Origin: an uncultured Pseudomonadota bacterium
Lineage (GTDB): Bacteria; Vulcanimicrobiota; Vulcanimicrobiia; Eremiobacterales; Eremiobacteraceae
Assembly: GCA_963736005.1 (NCBI GenBank)
Contig: CAVTNB010000001.1
Location: forward strand, 1,991,379-2,055,378
DNA: 64,000 nt
Direction: 5' to 3'
The notes under the pieces are model-generated. The model was given only the letters and a program-made list of their open reading frames with translations. It did no database searches and was not told the origin of the DNA. Position numbers and translations under genes: made by a program. Positions 49,448 to 59,041 of this stretch are shown here, piece after piece; position 1 is the first letter of the stretch, and each line of letters begins with the position of its first letter.

Positions 49448-51134
49448 TAGCGTCTGGGGCTGAGACGCCGATCAACCCAAGGGCCGAAGCCAACACGGTC
49501 TTCGTGGCCAGGCAGAGCGACAAGCGCGCGCTCGTCAGCGAGTCGTCGTCCCCGAGCACCACGCACTCTGTGTAGAACGAGTGAAAATCAGTTGCGACGT
49601 CTTGCGTGTACTCAGCGACGCGATGGGGCGCTCGCCCTTTCGCCGCACTCGCGACCGTGCGCCCGAAGTCGGCAAGGCGGCGGATAAGGGCGATTTCAGC
49701 GTGATGGACCAGCTTCGCGACATCGAGACCCTTGCGAGCCCGCTCTAAAACCGCCAGTCGGCTCTCAGCTGCTTTGCGCAGGATCGACGAAATTCGTGCG
49801 TGACCGTATTGCACGTAGTACACGGGGTTCTTCGTCGATTGCTCGACTGCCAGTTCGAGATCGAACACCAAGTGCGACTCCGGCGCGCGGTTGATAAAGA
49901 AGTATCGCGCGGCGTCGACGCCCACTTGATCCATCACCTCCCGCAACGTGACCAAATCTCCAGCGCGCTTGCTCATGGACACGGCCTGACCGCCCCGCTT
50001 GAAGGTGACGTGTTGCGCTAAGAGCACTTCAAGTGCACCTGGATGACCCAAGGCGGCCACAAGCGCGCAAAGCCGCGCGATGTACCCATGATGGTCTGGT
50101 CCAAGAATATCGATGAGATAGCGGTTGCCCCGGCGCAACTTGTCGGCGTGATACGCGGCATCAGCGGCGAGATACGTGGGCCGCCCATCACTGCGCACGA
50201 GCACGCGGTCTTTATCATCTCCAAAATCGGTCGTACGCAGCCAGAGCGCGCCGTCCTGCTCGTAGGTATGGCCGCCGGCCCGCAAATCATCGATGGCGGC
50301 AGCAATCGCGCCCGACTCGTGCAGCGTCGCTTCGGAGGTCCAGTGGTCGAAATGAACGCGAAAGCGATCGAGATCGGCGCGCTGTTGCTCGACGATAAGA
50401 TCTCTGGCGAATCGGCCGAGCGCGCGACGCCGTTCCTCGGACGGCGCTTGCAACCACCTCTCGCCATCGCGTGCAGCGAGCGTCCGGGCAAGATCGATCA
50501 GATAGTCCCCGGCGTATCCGTCCTCTGGGAGAGGCGTTTCTTTACCGAGCAGCGTCGCATAGCGCGCGTACAGCGAGTCTGCGAGGTTATCCAGTTGAGC
50601 GCCCGCATCGTTGATATAGGTCTCAGATGAAGTGGTTGCGCCGGCGAAGCGAAACATCGCGACGAGCGAAGCGCCAAGCGCGCTCGATCGCCCCTGAACA
50701 ACGACTAGCGGGCCGGTCGGGTTCGCTGAGACAAACTCGATGTTGACGGGTCCAAGCGATCGCAGCTCCTCAGACTTACCATAGTCGGCGTCGAGGCGAA
50801 GCACGTCGCAAATGACATCGCCCCAGAACGTCGGCGCCATGGTGAGGTTCACAAACCCAGGCTTGACGGCTTCGATGCGGTTGACGTCGGGAAGGCTACT
50901 GACGCCATCCCCGGCGAGCGCTTGTGCGATCTCGAGAGGATTGCGCTTCCACGCCTTTCCCGCCGCCAGAGCCACCGATGTGGCGAAATCACCGTGCGAA
51001 ATGTCACGGGTTGGGGACAGCGCGATCGGCAGCGATGCTCCGTTGGTTGCGTTCAGAGTCGTGGCAACGCGGGCGAGACGAGTTTCAAGCTCGCTTTGGA
51101 CCGCTGCCAGCACTTCATGGTAGCGTTGGCTCAT
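49443..51134 (-). CDS. argS: arginine--tRNA ligase
   Basis: HGDFAT, EFVSANPTGPL, YINDAG, GDDKDRV, MSKRAG, YYVQYGHARI; HIGH motif reads VVVQ. Confidence 0.96.
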   Translation of the reverse strand: MSQRYHEVLAAVQSELETRLARVATTLNATNGASLPIALSPTRDISHGDFATSVALAAGKAWKRNPLEIAQALAGDGVSSLPDVNRIEAVKPGFVNLTMAPTFWGDVICDVLRLDADYGKSEELRSLGPVNIEFVSANPTGPLVVVQGRSSALGASLVAMFRFAGATTSSETYINDAGAQLDNLADSLYARYATLLGKETPLPEDGYAGDYLIDLARTLAARDGERWLQAPSEERRRALGRFARDLIVEQQRADLDRFRVHFDHWTSEATLHESGAIAAAIDDLRAGGHTYEQDGALWLRTTDFGDDKDRVLVRSDGRPTYLAADAAYHADKLRRGNRYLIDILGPDHHGYIARLCALVAALGHPGALEVLLAQHVTFKRGGQAVSMSKRAGDLVTLREVMDQVGVDAARYFFINRAPESHLVFDLELAVEQSTKNPVYYVQYGHARISSILRKAAESRLAVLERARKGLDVAKLVHHAEIALIRRLADFGRTVASAAKGRAPHRVAEYTQDVATDFHSFYTECVVLGDDDSLTSARLSLCLATKTVLASALGLIGVSAPDAM

Positions 51135-51205
51135 CGTTGGCGTATGTTGGCTTGTCTCACCGCTTATCCATCGTCGCCCGCGCAATTCGCGTGATATTCT
51201 CGTTC

Positions 51206-52333
51206 ATGCAAGACGAACGAGATCTTGGGTATCTCCTCGCGGTGGCGGGTGCGGCGGTCTGGACCCCCCGACCGCTCGTGGCTATGCTCGATGCACTTGG
51301 GAGCGCCCGAGCGCTGATCGATTATGCACGCGATGCAAGCCGTTTTCCGCCATTAGCCTGCGAACATCTGGGCGTTGAGGCGCTTGGACGCATCGCGGCC
51401 ATCGATCACCAGGCTGCACGCCACGCTCTCGCGGATGCACGAGAGGGTGAACAGCGCGTTGTTACGAGCACCGACGAAAACTATCCGGCACGCCTGCGTC
51501 ACCTGTGCGACCCGCCGCCCGTGCTCTATTACCGCGGTACCCTCGAGTCGCTCGAAGGGCGAGTTGTCGCCATCATTGGAAGTCGCGGGGCGACGCCGTA
51601 CGGCCGTGCCATGGCTCGCGCAATCGCGTCAGATTTTGCCGAGTTTTCGGCAACGGTCATCTCCGGTCTCGCCCGGGGCATCGATGCGGCAGCTCACCGG
51701 GCTGCCAATGAGGCTGACGTGACGACCGTCGCGGTTATCGGCTCGGGCCTGCTCGCCCTGTACCCAAACTATCATGCTGTGCTGGCGAATGAAATCGTGC
51801 ACAAAGGTGGTGCCATCATAAGCGAGTTTCCACCGAAGATGGCCGCGCGCACGCATCACTTTCCCATGCGCAATCGACTCGTCGCGGCGCTGGCGGACGC
51901 AACGGTCGTCGTCGAGGCAGGCTCAAAGAGCGGCGCTCTGATCACTGCGCGGCTCGCCGGAGACTTGGGCCGCCCCGTTTTTGCCGTGCCCGGTGATGTG
52001 GGGCGAACGACGAGCGAGGGCACGAATTCGCTGATCAAGGATGGAGTTGCCCTCACCACGGGTGCGGCGGATATCGCTGGGGTTTTAAGCTGGGAACCGC
52101 GCAGACGACACGCGCGAATAAATTCGCGCGGCTCCTTGGACTCGAACGATCTGGCTTCGCGACTCTTGGCCGCACTTGCCCCAGGTGGCAGCGATGTCGA
52201 CGAAGTCTGCGCAACAACCGGACTAGATACCGCCACCGTCAGTGCACAACTCACGCTCCTTGAAATGAAGGGTATCGTGGAGAGGCGGGCAGGCGGCCTT
52301 TTCTGCGCTCAACTCGAACGGTCTATGCGGTGA
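51206..52333 (+). CDS. dprA: DNA-processing protein DprA
   Basis: AIIGSR, ISGLARGIDAAAH, FPMRNRLVAAL, SGALITA, C-terminal wHTH LLEMKG. Confidence 0.96.
   Translation: MQDERDLGYLLAVAGAAVWTPRPLVAMLDALGSARALIDYARDASRFPPLACEHLGVEALGRIAAIDHQAARHALADAREGEQRVVTSTDENYPARLRHLCDPPPVLYYRGTLESLEGRVVAIIGSRGATPYGRAMARAIASDFAEFSATVISGLARGIDAAAHRAANEADVTTVAVIGSGLLALYPNYHAVLANEIVHKGGAIISEFPPKMAARTHHFPMRNRLVAALADATVVVEAGSKSGALITARLAGDLGRPVFAVPGDVGRTTSEGTNSLIKDGVALTTGAADIAGVLSWEPRRRHARINSRGSLDSNDLASRLLAALAPGGSDVDEVCATTGLDTATVSAQLTLLEMKGIVERRAGGLFCAQLERSMR
52111..52136 (-). repeat. family C REP in-frame in the DprA linker
   Basis: CGCGCGAATAAATTCGCGCG encoding ARINSR; tag decayed to GGAG. Confidence 0.8.
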
Positions 52334-52782
52334 ACATCGAGATCATCGCGGTCGACAAGCTGCGCGAGCCATATCTGCGAGATGGCTGCGCGTTGTACCA
52401 GCAGCGGCTCCAACCGCTGCTGCCGGTTTCCATCTCTGAATTGCGCCCATCCGCCAAGGACGACGGCATCCTTGCCGAGGGCGAAGCGATCCTGCGGCGA
52501 GTTGATAGCGACGTTCTCCTGTGGGCTCTCGATCAGAGCGGTCACAATATCACGTCGCACGAACTCGCCCGCAAACTGTCCGCCGCAGAGCAGTCGGGGT
52601 GCAGGCGCCTCGTGCTCGCCATCGGTGGCGCAATTGGGTTATCGCCCGCCTTGCGCAAACGAGCTGATTTCGTTTGGTCGCTATCCGAGCTTACCTTCTT
52701 GCATGAAATGGCCCGTCTCATCGTTTTGGAGCAGTTGTATCGGGCCGCGAAGATCAATCGCGGCGAGCCGTATCATCGCTGA
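52330..52782 (+). CDS. rlmH: 23S rRNA (pseudouridine1915-N3)-methyltransferase
   Basis: IGGAIGL, SLSELTFLHEMARLIVLEQLYRA, GEPYHR. Confidence 0.96.
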   Translation: MNIEIIAVDKLREPYLRDGCALYQQRLQPLLPVSISELRPSAKDDGILAEGEAILRRVDSDVLLWALDQSGHNITSHELARKLSAAEQSGCRRLVLAIGGAIGLSPALRKRADFVWSLSELTFLHEMARLIVLEQLYRAAKINRGEPYHR

Positions 52783-52789
52783 ATACAGT

Positions 52790-53744
52790 CTTACAGCACT
52801 ATGTGCGTAGCTGATGCGCTGCCGCCTGAAGAGTGGTACGTTAAAATTGCTCTCGATGTATCGCAACAAAGAATAGTGCCCCTGGCTGTAAGTAGTGGCC
52901 AGAGTCTTGCCCGCCACGCATCCCAGGCCGACACACTCCGCAAAAACTGTTTGATTTGAGCCGGCACCTTCATCGAACGTAACCCAAAGCTGGCCGTTGT
53001 GCGCCGCATTAAATGCGATAAGCGCGGGGGCGTTGTTCCTTAACCAGCGGTCGAGGTGGGCTACTCTGGTTTCCACCGCACTTATCGTGCCCATCATCGC
53101 ACTGATTGGGAGCGATGAAGGCGAAGGAAGGCACCGTATTGTTCGCTATGTCGGTGGCGAGTTGCGTGTAGGGCAACAGTATCGCCCGCAGGAGTATCCG
53201 TAAATTGGATCGTTGGGTCGTGCTTGTGACCGTATAAATCATTCCCGTCTGAATCCTTACCGCCGCCCCAACATTCGGTATTGCCCACCGAGTCAATGTT
53301 TTCGTAATAACCCTTAACAGTTAATCCTTTGGCTATAAGTTCTCCGCCCAGCGAAGGTGCGCTAAATTTCGGCGGCGTGATGCAATTGTCTGTTCCTGAC
53401 GTTCCTTGCTCAGAGCCTGAATATACAGCCAGATAGTTAGGTTGGCTGGGATGATCAATGGCGTTGTAATTACTTAACCATTCGCCTTGCGGCATGAGCG
53501 TATGGTTGATATAGGGAGCGTCTGCATTGTCGACGACATTTGATTGTGCCTCGTTTTCCTCCATGATAATTTCGATATGCTCTACTGCCTGACTAGCGAT
53601 GACCTGTGGGACTTTCGAGTATTGCACAGCCAAAGCGCTGCCATTGCCACCGCAGGCAACGCACGAAAGGGCTAGACTCAAGCAGATCGCAGCTTTCACT
53701 AAATTAGTTTCTGCGCGACCGGAGAAAAAAGCAAATAGAAACAT
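52790..53744 (-). pseudogene. phosphoesterase / acid phosphatase family lipoprotein, split by two frameshifts (ends approximate)
   Basis: IIMEEN, HPSQPNYLA, KHDP, PSFAFIAPNQCDDGHD, VTFDE, GHYSLLRYIE across three frames; may be sequencing error rather than true decay. Confidence 0.75.
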
Positions 53745-54434
53745 AGGTTCTTCCCACACCGACGAGGTTAGCTGACGGATTCGCGCCGGAAAAGTAGCGC
53801 TATGCTCGCTCTCCGCTACGAGCAACTCACCCCAGTATTGCGTCCCCCGCTTGCCGGCTCAATTAGGCGATTGTGGATGCCGGTTCGCAAACCTTAACCG
53901 GTATACTATAACTCGTGTTGGGTCCTCGTATACGAACGAACTGCCGCTAGGTTGGAAGTTGAACAGACAACCGACCATTTCTCTTATGAATCCACGATTA
54001 GACGAAAAAATCGGCAAGGGAAAAAGACTGTGAGCGGTTCACAGATTCCAACTTCAAGAGAGTTCAATAGTTTCGGCTGGATCGAACCGTGGTTGGCGCG
54101 AGGCGCCGAGCTCAGTCTTAGTGGATATTAGTGGCTTGCTAAAAAGAAATTCAAACCTGTTGTAAACGTATCGCACGAGATGTGGCCCAGGCCGTCAGAA
54201 ACTCGTCAGATGAGTTGGAGCCTATCCACATTCCCGTCAAGAAATAATCAGCCACCTGGCCACGAACAGCCCTCCAATGGCTGCAAATCTTTTCGCTCCG
54301 CGCGATGCGTCCGATCTTCGTGCATTGAGCCGCAGCACTGGTTCAAGGCCTCAAGTGATTCTTGCCTCTATACAATGCTTTTGCCCGCGCTCTCGCAGTG
54401 AGGGGCTCGCTGCCTGCGTGCAGAACGCACCGCT

Positions 54435-54890
54435 ATGCACCTCACGGCAACTGGCGACTACGCGCTGCGAGCGGTCGCAGAGATAGCAGCGGCCGCGCCT
54501 AAACATATCAAGGCCGAGCGCATCGCCCGCGTGCAGGGGATACCGCTCAAATTTGTCGAGAACATCCTCACGACGCTCAAACATGCGGGCATCGTCAACG
54601 CCATGCGAGGCCCTTCGGGTGGCTATTGGCTGGCGAGAGCGGCAGACGAGATTACTCTCGCCGATATCATTCGGGCCGTCGAGGGTCCGCTGGCCAATGT
54701 GCGGGGCACGCGGCCCGAGCGGCTCAAGTACGGCGGGGCAGCGTCGTCGCTCTCGGATGTCTGGATAGCCGTCCGCGTCAATCTGCGCGGCGTGCTCGAA
54801 GCGGTCACCATCGACCACCTCGTTAAGGGCAAACTCCCCGCGCCTGTGTCGCAACTAACCCATCGCGCGGGCGCACGGCGACCCCACTAG
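54435..54890 (+). CDS. Rrf2 family transcriptional regulator (no Fe-S cysteines; CymR-like)
   Basis: DYALRA, RGPSGGYWLAR, ADIIRAVEG. Confidence 0.93.
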   Translation: MHLTATGDYALRAVAEIAAAAPKHIKAERIARVQGIPLKFVENILTTLKHAGIVNAMRGPSGGYWLARAADEITLADIIRAVEGPLANVRGTRPERLKYGGAASSLSDVWIAVRVNLRGVLEAVTIDHLVKGKLPAPVSQLTHRAGARRPH

Positions 54891-54901
54891 CATCTGGTCA
54901 C

Positions 54902-56431
54902 CTAGAATGCGTATTCGAGTTGCGTGCGACTCGATTTGAATTCAAACGGCGCAAACGGTTGCGTGCGATCGCCATAGCGCTGCCGGATTGAGAAGCCCTT
55001 GTAAGGCTTACCAGGATGCACCGGGCTCAACCAATACTGTACGTCGAAATCGACCTCTGCGCGGGCGTCCCCGTTGCCAAGCGTCTTGATGCTGCCGGGC
55101 AACGAATAGCTATACCATGCGTCCGAAGCCATGAGCCGAAGCCGGCGATCGTTGCTCAGCCAAATCAGCGTTGCTTTGACTGCGGTGCCCGGCTTGGTAA
55201 CCTCAGACAGGCCTTGCGTGAGCGAGGTCGTGTAAAGCGGATCCGAGGTGTAGCCGTCCGTATATGGCGATGCGAGTCCACCGCCGTAACAGACGACGTC
55301 ACCCGAAGGCGCCGACTTGTCGGATGTATCCGGCAGGCCGCCAAAGATCACGCCTGGTATCGGTGCTGTCGGCGACGAAAGCGAGCCTTTGCATCGCTTA
55401 CTTGGAACAACATAGCGCGTTGCGGGAGCGGTATCATATCCCGCAGTGAACGTCAAATTGTGGTAGACGGTCGCGCCGACCAGTCCCCCGATCGTGTGAT
55501 TGTGGACCGTGCCAATCAACGATTTGCCTTCGTTGTTTTCGGCGAGGTATTGGCCTGCGACGTACGGATTTGCTTTCGCCGCCTTATCGAAGTTATATTG
55601 GCCGGTCAGCCACGTCATGTCGATGAGATCGTACGCCTGATACTGATATGCGCTCACGGCGAGCCCGCTACCGCCGAATGCATATGATGCCGATACCTGA
55701 CCGAAGCCATGAGTCGTCTCTTGCTGAGTGCAGAGATCTCCCGGCACCGTGAAAGTTCCGCTCGCGCCTTGGACGGGGCCCTTACCCGTAAAATAAGCCG
55801 TGTTGCAACTCGTCAACAGCGTGTTGGAGTTGAAGGCGGAGGTCACGCGACTTTTCCACCGAGCCATGTACATCGCCCCGATCATGAGATCTTTCATGGG
55901 GCTCGTGCTCAACAACGTTCCTTGGTACGCGGCGGGAAGGATCCGCGTGTCAGCCGAGTTGGCCCATGGTGACTGCACCGCGGTCAGCGTTTCTCGGCCT
56001 GTTTGGCCAAACGTGCCAGGGCTCTTGTACTGCAAGTATTCCTCACCGAGCACGCTGAGGGAATAACCCGGCACGGTGTTGTCTACTTCGGGATTGTATC
56101 CGATGTTGTGCAGCGGCCCCGGCCAGTTCGCTCCGAAAGGGTAGGCGCCTAAGTAGGTCGCGCCAAGCGACCATGGTGAGTGTGGTATGTTGATTTGCCC
56201 GTGCAGCGCGCCGCCGAAATTGAAGGCAGTCGCATCGGGACTGCCCTTGGTTTTGCAAGTCAAACATGTATCGCCATTCGTGCGGCCAAAATAAAAGGCT
56301 CGAACATCGCCGCTGTACGTAAAGAGCGGCGTGGGTGTCGCCTGCGGGGTCGCAGCTGGAGTCTGAGCCAACGCGCGTCCCGCGCTCGCAACGAACATCG
56401 CAACAATCGTCAAGATGATTAGTACTCTCAT
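54902..56431 (-). CDS. outer membrane porin, OprD-like
   Basis: Signal peptide, GRETL..PWANSADTRILP..YQG, C-terminal RTQLEYAF. Confidence 0.65.
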   Translation of the reverse strand: MRVLIILTIVAMFVASAGRALAQTPAATPQATPTPLFTYSGDVRAFYFGRTNGDTCLTCKTKGSPDATAFNFGGALHGQINIPHSPWSLGATYLGAYPFGANWPGPLHNIGYNPEVDNTVPGYSLSVLGEEYLQYKSPGTFGQTGRETLTAVQSPWANSADTRILPAAYQGTLLSTSPMKDLMIGAMYMARWKSRVTSAFNSNTLLTSCNTAYFTGKGPVQGASGTFTVPGDLCTQQETTHGFGQVSASYAFGGSGLAVSAYQYQAYDLIDMTWLTGQYNFDKAAKANPYVAGQYLAENNEGKSLIGTVHNHTIGGLVGATVYHNLTFTAGYDTAPATRYVVPSKRCKGSLSSPTAPIPGVIFGGLPDTSDKSAPSGDVVCYGGGLASPYTDGYTSDPLYTTSLTQGLSEVTKPGTAVKATLIWLSNDRRLRLMASDAWYSYSLPGSIKTLGNGDARAEVDFDVQYWLSPVHPGKPYKGFSIRQRYGDRTQPFAPFEFKSSRTQLEYAF

Positions 56432-56596
56432 GTCCATAAAATCTACCAAATAAGTGGTAAATACCGGAAGAACGGGAAAGCCCTAATACGTATGGGCAAA
56501 TCGGGTAAGGAAGGCTAGCTGAGCTGGCTCGCCTGGGGGTCGGTCAAAAGACCAAAGTCCCTTTTCTTTGTGGACAATATAGTATATTCTAGGGCC

Positions 56597-57364
56597 ATGG
56601 ATTATCACGTTGCACTGGGCGGGTTGATCGTTGGCATTCTTGTTGGGCTTTCCGGCGTCGGCGGGGGCTCACTCATGTTGCCGGTTCTCGTGTTGTTGTT
56701 CAACGTTTCGCCGCTAGTCGCGGTCGGAACTGACCTCGCCTACAGCGTGCCGACAAAAATCTTAGGCGCTATCGTTCATGGGCGGCAAAAGACGATCAAT
56801 GGTAAGCTCGTGCTGTTGTTGTGCATCGGCGGGCTTCCCGGAGCCATCGCCGGTCTCTTGAGCTTATCCGTCCTCAAGTCGCATATTAGCCTAGATCAAT
56901 TAAACGTGCTGATCAAACACCTCGTAGGGGGGCTGCTGATCGCCATCGCGCTCATTATCATCGGCGTACAGCTGCTTTCCAAAGAACGCGCGGCAGCGCT
57001 GGTGGCGCTACGGCCCCGCGCGCCACTTATCGTCGGCGTCGCCGCTACCGTTGGCTTCCTCGTTAGCGTGACCTCAATTGGGGCGGGTTCGATTACCCTG
57101 ACTGCCCTTGCACTCATCCTTCCAAGAATGCGGCTTCAAGAGCTCGTCGGTTCAGATATCGCGTTTGCTGCGATCATCGTACCCGTGGCGGCGCTCGGGC
57201 ATCTTAGCTTGGGTAGCGTTAATCTGCCGATGACCGGTGCGTTGCTGCTCGGCTCGCTCCCCGGAGTTTATTTGGGTAGTCGTCTGTGTGCGTTGCTGCC
57301 GAACCGTTATCTACGCCCAGCCATAGCCGGTGTCTTGGTGCTTGCCGGCGCAAAACTACTCTAA
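56597..57364 (+). CDS. TauE/SafE (TSUP) family sulfite exporter
   Basis: VGLSGVGGGSLMLP, AVGTDL, TSIGAGS, LVGSDI, GSLPGVYLG. Confidence 0.93.
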   Translation: MDYHVALGGLIVGILVGLSGVGGGSLMLPVLVLLFNVSPLVAVGTDLAYSVPTKILGAIVHGRQKTINGKLVLLLCIGGLPGAIAGLLSLSVLKSHISLDQLNVLIKHLVGGLLIAIALIIIGVQLLSKERAAALVALRPRAPLIVGVAATVGFLVSVTSIGAGSITLTALALILPRMRLQELVGSDIAFAAIIVPVAALGHLSLGSVNLPMTGALLLGSLPGVYLGSRLCALLPNRYLRPAIAGVLVLAGAKLL

Positions 57365-58068
57365 CCCAAAAGAGGCATCAGGCCCTCGAGACTCTCGATG
57401 CGCGGTGCGCGATCGAATTCGCGATACCGCCCATAGCGATCGAGCAGGACCGCTCGCAATCCTAGCGCGAGGGCTCCATCGATGTCATGCTCGGGAGAGT
57501 CTCCGACATGCATTATCTCGTCAGGGGAGGTACCGGCCCGGCGCACCGCCTCTTTGAAGATCGGTGGGTGAGGCTTCTCATGCCCAAGGTGCGCGGAATC
57601 GAGCACAAAATCGAACTGCTCGCGTAAACCAACTTTCGCGAGCACGTCTTCGAGATCGCCACTCCAATTAGAAACAATCCCCAAGCATAGCCGACGCGAG
57701 CGCAGTTCTGCGATCACACCGCGCACCTCATCGTACACGCGCCACGCAATGGACGCGGTGAAGAGACGGTACACACGCTCTGCCTTGTCTTCGTCGCTTG
57801 GTCTGCGCGCACAGACGGAGAGCAAGATTCGATTGTAGTCGGTCCAAAACTGGTCGACCGCTGCTTGGGAAAATGGCACAGGCACCTCGCGTGGATGGCG
57901 AGGTGCAAGCATCGCGTTTGCGCGCTTGACCCCGTCAGCAAGGCGTGCCTGATCGAGTTCGATACCAAGCTGCTCGCAGACGCGCAGGAAGATCGTTGGT
58001 TGGTCTGGATCCATGCACAGGAGCGTGTAACCCGCGTCGAAAAGGACTGCTTGAATGTTTCGTTTCAT
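57361..58068 (-). CDS. HAD-IA family hydrolase
   Basis: FDAGYTL, IVSN, EKPHPPIF, HVGDSPEHDIDGA. Confidence 0.93.
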   Translation of the reverse strand: MKRNIQAVLFDAGYTLLCMDPDQPTIFLRVCEQLGIELDQARLADGVKRANAMLAPRHPREVPVPFSQAAVDQFWTDYNRILLSVCARRPSDEDKAERVYRLFTASIAWRVYDEVRGVIAELRSRRLCLGIVSNWSGDLEDVLAKVGLREQFDFVLDSAHLGHEKPHPPIFKEAVRRAGTSPDEIMHVGDSPEHDIDGALALGLRAVLLDRYGRYREFDRAPRIESLEGLMPLLG

Positions 58069-58125
58069 CGCCAATGGTTTGTCCTTCGCACGAGGCCTTT
58101 GGCGTCCTGCGGTGAGCAACTAGCG

Positions 58126-58579
58126 GTGCTCTGTCCTGCGTGCCGATCGGGCGATACTCGCGTCATCGATAGTCGCGACGATGAGAATGCCGTACGGCGC
58201 CGGCGCGAATGCCAATCCTGCAAACACCGATTCACCACGTTCGAGCGGCCGGAAGCGCCGCGCCTGTACGTTGAAAAAAAAGACGGCCGTCGCGAGGCCT
58301 ACAATCGCGAGAAGATCCTCGGCGGGTTGCGCAAAGCCTCGGAGAAGCGGCCGATTTCGGAATCGGCGATCCAAGAAGTGGCGGATAGAGTCGAACGCGA
58401 GCTCTACGCACGCGGGGAAAGCGAGGTGCCTTCCACCGTCGTTGGAGATCTGGTGATGGCGAGAGCTGCGCCGCCTCGACAAGGTCGCGTACATTCGGTT
58501 TGCTTCTGTTTACCGATCGTTTACCGATCTCAACTCCTTTCAAGAAGAGCTGGCTCAATTGCTGGCAAAAAGCGAATGA
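58126..58579 (+). CDS. nrdR: transcriptional repressor NrdR (one apparent frameshift near 58460)
   Basis: [48 protein letters not shown] in next frame. Confidence 0.95.
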
Positions 58580-58588
58580 AGCCCGACG

Positions 58589-59035
58589 GTGACAGTCGAC
58601 ATCAGCGTCCTGCCGGAAGGCCAAGGCCTGCCGCTGCCGACGTACATGACCAACGGCAGTGCGGGATGCGATTTGCGCGCGGCGATCAACGAACCGGTTA
58701 CGTTGAACCCGGGAGAACGAGCGCTGATCCCGGCGGGCTTTTGCATGGCGTTGCCAGCGGGATACGAAGCACAAGTGCGACCCCGCAGTGGCCTCGCCGT
58801 CAAATATGGCGTGACGTGTTTGAACACGCCGGGGACTATCGACGCGGACTATCGTGGCCCGGTGTGCGTGCTGCTCATCAACCTCGGCCATGAGCCATTC
58901 CTGGTTTCGCGCGGCGATCGTATCGCGCAGATGATTATCGGTTCGGTCGAGCGAGCAGAATTCAATCGCGCCGACGAACTCAGCGTGACCGTTCGAGCGG
59001 CAGGCGGTTTCGGTTCGACGGGCACGCGCGGGTAG
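58589..59035 (+). CDS. dut: dUTP diphosphatase
   Basis: AGCDL, RPRSGLA, GTIDADYRG, GDRIAQ, RAAGGFGSTG. Confidence 0.97.
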   Translation: MTVDISVLPEGQGLPLPTYMTNGSAGCDLRAAINEPVTLNPGERALIPAGFCMALPAGYEAQVRPRSGLAVKYGVTCLNTPGTIDADYRGPVCVLLINLGHEPFLVSRGDRIAQMIIGSVERAEFNRADELSVTVRAAGGFGSTGTRG

Positions 59036-59041
59036 CGCGGG

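Noticed and set aside
52760..54430. Intact SCC-like element at rlmH
   Set aside because: No recombinase gene or second att repeat found by eye.
57865..58893. 342-aa ORF as an NrdR fusion
   Set aside because: Artefact of one frameshift; the true NrdR C-terminus is in another frame ending at 58579.
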